Part shown: positions 7,590 to 12,067 of the stretch, one piece after another
Layout of the letters: each line of letters starts with the position of its first letter
Numbering within the stretch: the first letter of the stretch is position 1
Assembly: GCA_029856365.1 (NCBI GenBank)
Contig: JAHQWW010000119.1
Coordinates: 1 to 12,067 of the forward strand
Origin: Candidatus Hodarchaeota archaeon
GTDB taxonomy: Archaea > Asgardarchaeota > Heimdallarchaeia > Hodarchaeales > Hodarchaeaceae
DNA: 12,067 nucleotides
Direction: 5' to 3'
Program-made: the position numbers and the translations under genes
Notes under the pieces: model-generated
What the model was told of the DNA's origin: nothing
Database searches by the model: none
Seen by the model: the letters and a program-made list of their open reading frames with translations, nothing else

Positions 7590-8010
7590 AAAAATTCTCA
7601 TTCAGGAAAACTCAAAGAGATTACAGGGTTTTCAAAGTACTTTAATTGGCTAAAAGCAACGTCTATACATCATATTCCTATCGTTACTGCATCTAACGGT
7701 CATCTTTTTAGTACAGAAACTTCATTAAACGCTATCGGATATTTACATCGCATCAACATAGTTCCCATAAAATCTCTAAAGATCGTCTTTTAAGTTCTAT
7801 TGTTAAGGACCTTCAAGTAAGTCCAGAAAATTATTTAGTGTTTGAGGATTCTTCTCTTGGGGTAGTTGCGGCTAAAAAAATTGTATAATGGTCATTATTA
7901 TTAATTCAAGTCATCTTCGAGAGGACAAATTTGAAGCCGATCTCATTGTGAATAATTATACAGATCCTACTCTGTATCCATTCGTAAAAAAGCTGTCCAA
8001 CTCTATATGA
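7590..8010 (+). pseudogene. Decayed HAD-superfamily phosphatase (beta-phosphoglucomutase-like), C-terminal half split over three frames
   Basis: 7590-7793 reads ...KEITGFSKYFNWLK...IPIVTASNG...SLNAIGY (motif II-like). About 7781-7888 reads LQVSPENYLVFEDSSLGVVAAKK* (motif IV, FEDS at 7841-7852). 7888-8010 reads MVIIINSSHLREDKFEADLIVNNY...*. No N-terminal DxD motif and no KPxP motif found. Confidence 0.8.
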
Positions 8011-8145
8011 TAGGGAGTTACCAAAGAAAAGGATTGAGATTAGGAACACTAACTATTGTTTGTATTCTAATTTGAACCTTTATGCATTGATTGGTTAAAA
8101 CACTTGCGCCTTTTTAACACGAATTAAAAAAATGTTGTTTTTTTT

Positions 8146-8343
8146 CTAATAATGATTTTGTACTAAAGAAGCCTTGGTCGGCACTTGTGATTCTCTTATT
8201 CTCCTATTTTCTTGTTCTAAGAGAGCTTGAGACGAAATATCTTCCGATTCATTTGTGGGGAAACACATACTAAAGCACGTGCAATATGTGCAGTTTGGAT
8301 AGAAATCCTGACAAATTTTTTCTTTTACTTTTGGGTTAATCAT
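8146..8343 (-). CDS. Small Cys-rich hypothetical protein (65 aa), possible metal-binding
   Basis: Strong SD AGGAGGT at 8360-8354, an upstream promoter module, and five Cys in CQDFYPNCTYCTCFSMC. A T7 run follows the stop on the coding strand (8132-8126). Confidence 0.7.
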   Translation of the reverse strand: MINPKVKEKICQDFYPNCTYCTCFSMCFPTNESEDISSQALLEQENRRIRESQVPTKASLVQNHY

Positions 8344-8417
8344 TTATTTCATAACCTCCTTGATAATTTTTCAATCTTTTTTTACTGGTACTCTTCATAG
8401 AACTTCTGGTTTGTTTT

Positions 8418-8474
8418 TTGACCTTTTTAGGTCAAGTAATTATAGTAACTAAGAATTTATAAAACATATGTACA
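8418..8474 (-). promoter_or_regulatory. Putative promoter plus operator, copy 1
   Basis: Minus strand: TGTACA (8474-8469), N4, TTTTATAAA (8464-8456), N22, then the GACC-N6-GGTC core of the perfect inverted repeat TTGACCT-N4-AGGTCAA (8418-8435). Confidence 0.65.
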
Positions 8475-8740
8475 AAAAAAGATTGATTTTATAAGAAAAA
8501 TCCAGATGACTAAATATAAAAACAAATAATTGCAGGTTTATTAAATATCATTTATGTACAACATGTTGATCATCTAAACTGGAATTAAATAGCCTTTTCG
8601 AGAAAATATTCTTAATAATATTAGCATTAATGACAGTTTAATTGAGAAAAATTAACATTTTGAACTCTTACATTTATCCCCCTTAAATTGGTTTTATTTC
8701 TAGAAAGAGATGCTAGATTAATTACCCATTTTCTTTGATT

Positions 8741-8760
8741 GAAAGGAAAAAATGAGAGAG
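8741..8760 (-). terminator. Pyrimidine/U-rich tract, possible archaeal intrinsic terminator
   Basis: CTCTCTCATTTTTTCCTTTC directly after the stop at 8764. Confidence 0.4.
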
Positions 8761-8763
8761 AAT

Positions 8764-9000
8764 CTAAAGATAAGGATCCTCATTATCTTCCTCAATCAAT
8801 TTATAAGTGACCTCTTTAGCTTCTCTGAAAGATTTTTCTGAGAGTTTCTTAAAAATATCGTTATTTAAACCTTTAAAGATCATATAATTTTGTATTAATA
8901 TGGCTTTAGTTCTAATGTTATCGAATTCTTTCAACTTCTCATGATTTTCATCTGTTATAGCTTTAGTGAACACATAATCTTCCAAGTCTTTAATTGTCAT
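8764..9000 (-). CDS. Small charged hypothetical protein (78 aa)
   Basis: SD GGAGG-acaaataaa-ATG; 21 nt downstream of the 9022-9216 gene; helical-looking charged composition. Confidence 0.75.
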   Translation of the reverse strand: MTIKDLEDYVFTKAITDENHEKLKEFDNIRTKAILIQNYMIFKGLNNDIFKKLSEKSFREAKEVTYKLIEEDNEDPYL

Positions 9001-9021
9001 TTTATTTGTCCTCCAAATTCT

Positions 9022-9216
9022 TTATTTCCATCTTGTTTTGAAATTTAGATCCATAAATCCTACAGAAATAAAAGCCAAAAAGCCTCCAAAAATAGAGGCC
9101 AAACAAACAACGAAGAGAATAATTCTCCAATCAAATGCAATTACAGAAATACTTGATACTAGAATAATACTGAGAAGTAAAGTTTGTGAAGTTGCAAGAT
9201 CATTTTTTAAAGCCAT
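9022..9216 (-). CDS. Small membrane protein (64 aa, two predicted TM helices)
   Basis: Hydrophobic segments TLLLSIILVSSISVIAF and IILFVVCLASIFGGFLAFISVGF; SD GAGGT upstream; co-oriented with its neighbours. Confidence 0.7.
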   Translation of the reverse strand: MALKNDLATSQTLLLSIILVSSISVIAFDWRIILFVVCLASIFGGFLAFISVGFMDLNFKTRWK

Positions 9217-9334
9217 GTTTGATCTACCTCTTATTCATGGATTATTTAACATATTTTGGGATAATACAGATAAGTGAGTCGCTTTTTCCGTTCATGAATA
9301 CTCTTTATCTGAATTATTGCAAATCAATTTCTAT

Positions 9335-9391
9335 CTGACCAATAGTGGTCGATTAAAAATACCAATATTAAGTTAATAAAATGTGTGTACA
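9335..9391 (-). promoter_or_regulatory. Putative promoter plus operator, copy 2
   Basis: Minus strand: TGTACA (9391-9386), N4, TTTTATTAA (9381-9373), N22, then the inverted repeat GACCA-N4-TGGTC (9337-9350). Spacing is identical to copy 1. Confidence 0.6.
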
Positions 9392-9604
9392 GAAGAAGCC
9401 TTATTTCCTGAAAAATTTCCAGCTTAGTAGATATGAAAATACATGATAATATTTCTAATAAGCCCTTTAGATATACAACAATATTATACATTTTCATGAA
9501 ATATAATGTCAGGAATGTTTGTTAAAAATTGGTTTTTTCATTGTTTATAACATATTGAAATGAAAAAGATATCAATCATGTTATGAAAATGTGTAAGTTT
9601 TCAT

Positions 9605-9650
9605 AAAAAAATAGATATAAAAAATTAAAAATATTAAAAAGAAAAAATGA
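9605..9650 (-). terminator. U-rich tracts, probable terminator of the membrane-arm operon
   Basis: Several T5-T7 runs on the minus strand beginning about 17 nt after the stop at 9665. Confidence 0.45.
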
Positions 9651-9664
9651 TAACAGGAGAAACA

Positions 9665-11224
9665 CTATGGGAATAGAGCGCTGGCAGCAGTGATTGCAAA
9701 ATTGGCAATAGCTGTCGGAAAGAATCCCAAGATCAACACAAAGACTGTTAATGAAATAATTGAGAGTTTCATGAATCCTCCATTGCGTAACGTCATTGCA
9801 TCAAAACCATTAATGTACTTTTCGTCCTGGTCAGGTTTTTTCATTACTAGGTACCAGATAAGCCATAAATACCCAACTGCAGCAAAGAAAGTAACAAAAA
9901 GTGCCCCTAAACCAGCAGTTACCCCAATGACTGGATTACTATTGTTGAATAACCCAAGGATAATCATTAATTTGGACCAAAAACCGCCTGTAAAGGGGAT
10001 AGAAGCTAATGAAAATAATCCAATGGTAAAACAGACCCCAATTAAGGGATCTCGCCGACCTAGGCCTTTATAATGATCTAGATAATATGAGCCTGTAGAA
10101 TAAATCAAATATCCAGTTATCATAAAGAGTACTCCCTTCGCTGCTGCATGATTTAAAGCGTGAAAGATAGTTCCACTTATTCCAAGGAGATTTCCAGCGC
10201 CTAATCCAGTTATCAAATAACCCATATGAGAAATCGTACTGAATGCAAATATCCGCTTCAAGTTTCGTGCTTGGGGATCTTTTCGCATAAATTGAATTAT
10301 TGCAAAGATATTTCCCTGAAGAGAGGTTAAAATTCCTAAAATAATTAGAAAATTGCTCCAAACACTACCTTGGAAAGTTCCTCCAACATCAGCCATTGTA
10401 ACTGGTATCACTGTGAAAACAATTCGCAAAATACCATATGTGCCACCAATGACAATAATTCCTGATAACATTGCATGAGCTGGTGGTGGGGCTGCTGGGT
10501 GGGCATCAGGTAACCAAGTATTGAGGAAGAAGAAAGCTGCGGTTACTCCAAAACCGAATATCATACAAAGAATAGCAACATAGAGAACTGGTGATTCCAT
10601 TAACGGATTTAATATTCTTAATTCATTAAAACTCAGTGTTCCAGCAATTCCATATAGTAACGCGACTCCAAAGAGATAAAGAAGACTACCTGTGCTACTC
10701 ATTATGAGATACTTAAAACCAGCTTCAGATGATTCTCTGCTGCGATAAAAGCCAACCATTGCATATGCACAGAGAACCATACTTTCCCACGCAACGAATA
10801 ATGTGAAGTAATCAGTTACAAGAACGATTAAGTTCAATCCTGCAACTACTGCGAATAGAATGGCATAGAAATGAGCGAGATCGTTGTGTTCATGCATGAA
10901 GTTAATAGAATAGATACATACTGCAGCATGAATGAGTGTAAAGATAAAGATAAAGAACATAGATGTTAAATCCGATTGTAATACTAATAGAATTCTTTCT
11001 TTTATTACGGGATGAGGAGAACTAGAACTGAGAAGTTGCATCCCAAAAATAATGGCAAGTATTAAATCTAACATGGAAGAAAAGACTGCAATCATGTGGG
11101 AAATGATTTTTTTACGATTAGATACATCTAGTAATTTTTCCAGACCAATAAGCAAAAAGCTTGTTATAACTGGAACTATAACAAATATTAGAAGGGGTAA
11201 TTCAAATCCTAACACAGCTGGCAC
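9665..11224 (-). CDS. Proton-conducting antiporter-like membrane subunit (NuoM/NuoN/MrpD/MbhH family), last gene of its operon
   Basis: Highly hydrophobic; DYFTLFVAWESM, EAGFKYLIMSSTGS, WLPDAHPAAP, LKRIFAFSTISHMGY, HALNHAAAKGVLF, IPFTGGFWSK. GTG start with SD GAGGTGA (11235-11229) overlapping the upstream stop. Confidence 0.92.
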   Translation of the reverse strand: MPAVLGFELPLLIFVIVPVITSFLLIGLEKLLDVSNRKKIISHMIAVFSSMLDLILAIIFGMQLLSSSSPHPVIKERILLVLQSDLTSMFFIFIFTLIHAAVCIYSINFMHEHNDLAHFYAILFAVVAGLNLIVLVTDYFTLFVAWESMVLCAYAMVGFYRSRESSEAGFKYLIMSSTGSLLYLFGVALLYGIAGTLSFNELRILNPLMESPVLYVAILCMIFGFGVTAAFFFLNTWLPDAHPAAPPPAHAMLSGIIVIGGTYGILRIVFTVIPVTMADVGGTFQGSVWSNFLIILGILTSLQGNIFAIIQFMRKDPQARNLKRIFAFSTISHMGYLITGLGAGNLLGISGTIFHALNHAAAKGVLFMITGYLIYSTGSYYLDHYKGLGRRDPLIGVCFTIGLFSLASIPFTGGFWSKLMIILGLFNNSNPVIGVTAGLGALFVTFFAAVGYLWLIWYLVMKKPDQDEKYINGFDAMTLRNGGFMKLSIISLTVFVLILGFFPTAIANFAITAASALFP

Positions 11225-11233
11225 AATCTCACC

Positions 11234-12067
11234 TCAAAAGAATATGAATATCAGCATTACAGCTAATATAACTAATCCAATCAAGCTAAAATTATAATTC
11301 AGATCGCCAGTCTGGAGTCTTCGCAATCTCCAAAAGCCATTCATTATGATATTCTGACAGCTTTGAATAAAGTGGTCAATGTAGAAACCTTCTGCTGCAA
11401 GTATTTGTAACATTCTTAGATAACCATTATTCTTTATAAATACTATCTCTTTTGATCCATCTTTGTAAAGCAGATAGCTGCTAAGTGCCCCTATAGTTAC
11501 AGAAGTGAGGGTAAAAAGGGTAGGAACCAACGTTTCGATCGTTGGGAGGAGTAAAAGCTCATAATGAGAGAAAGTATGATAAAAAGCTACATCACTGATT
11601 GAGAAGTAAAATTGCATTTGATCAAAAAATACAGTCATCATTGGTGCCATAAATCCAGTGATGACCGTAAAACTAGCAAGAACTATTACAACTGTCGTCA
11701 TAAATATACCTGGTCTGTGTACTTCTAAATTCTTAGGTTTTTCACCCTTAAAAACCATTAAGTATAGTCGAATAGAATAAGCAGCTGTTAATCCTGCGGT
11801 TACAACTCCTAAAATGAAAAGAATTAACGCAATTGGAGCCATATTGTGCCCAGCCTGGAATAATTCCCAAGCAGCACCTAATACAGATTCTTTCGAGAAA
11901 TAGCCATTCAAAGGAGGAATACCTGAAAGCGCAAGTATTCCAATAAACATTGGAATTGCGATTATTCTTAATTCGGAAAAAAGTCCTCCCATCTTTTTGA
12001 TATTTCTTTCATTATGAAGGGAGTGGATTATTGCACCTGCTGAAAGGAATAATAAAGCCTTAAAGAT
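11234..12067 (-). CDS. nuoL: NuoL/FpoL/MrpA-like antiporter subunit, C-terminal part (5'-truncated by the window edge)
   Basis: Frame open to the window end: IFKALLFLSAGAIIHSLHNERNIKKMGGL, then LALSGIPPLNGYFSKESVL, LTAAYSIRL and C-terminal GFYIDHF...LRRLQTGDLNYN (lateral helix plus final TM). Confidence 0.85.
   Translation of the reverse strand: MFKALLFLSAGAIIHSLHNERNIKKMGGLFSELRIIAIPMFIGILALSGIPPLNGYFSKESVLGAAWELFQAGHNMAPIALILFILGVVTAGLTAAYSIRLYLMVFKGEKPKNLEVHRPGIFMTTVVIVLASFTVITGFMAPMMTVFFDQMQFYFSISDVAFYHTFSHYELLLLPTIETLVPTLFTLTSVTIGALSSYLLYKDGSKEIVFIKNNGYLRMLQILAAEGFYIDHFIQSCQNIIMNGFWRLRRLQTGDLNYNFSLIGLVILAVMLIFIFF

Noticed and set aside
8336-8398. Minus-strand leader ORF MKSTSKKRLKNYQGGYEIND* and ATG-AAA-TAA mini-ORF at 8352-8344
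   Set aside because: The first has no SD, and the second ATG is too close to the SD. Both are expected by chance in AT-rich DNA.
8555-8572. Third TGTACA and palindrome CAACATGTTG (8559-8568)
   Set aside because: No TATA box or GACC/GGTC at the conserved spacing in either direction and no supported gene nearby.
9038-9277. Plus-strand 79-aa ORF
   Set aside because: Antisense to the SD-bearing 2-TM gene; its Lys/Ile bias is what the reverse complement of hydrophobic codons produces.
8011-9664. CRISPR array, tRNA, IS element or provirus in the AT-rich small-ORF region
   Set aside because: No regularly spaced direct repeats, cloverleaf motifs, terminal inverted repeats, or transposase/integrase motifs were seen.
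9690-11297. ORFs 9690-10073, 10068-10361 and 11052-11297
   Set aside because: Antisense or alternate-frame shadows of the antiporter-like genes.

Overview
AT-rich archaeal window. Archaeal origin is inferred from the GAGGTGA-type Shine-Dalgarno motifs, TTG/GTG starts, TATA-like promoters, the split glutamate synthase and the HdrA/MvhD/FrhB-family genes; an Asgard lineage is plausible but not provable here. The plus strand carries a tightly packed redox operon: a 5'-truncated HdrA-MvhD fusion, a divergent FrhB-like protein, the GltB3 (GXGXG) subunit, a ferredoxin-fused GltB2 (FMN) subunit and a canonical FrhB-like protein. It is followed by a hypothetical protein, glutamate dehydrogenase and a decayed HAD phosphatase. 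The minus strand carries the end of a complex I/Mrp-type membrane-arm operon (NuoL-like, then a NuoM/N/MrpD-like subunit lacking two conserved lysines) and three small orphan genes. Two upstream regions of those small genes share an identically spaced module, TGTACA-N4-TATA-N22-GACC-N6-GGTC. The leading candidate for a new system is an HdrA/MvhD-wired, possibly F420-linked and electron-bifurcating glutamate-synthase-like complex.
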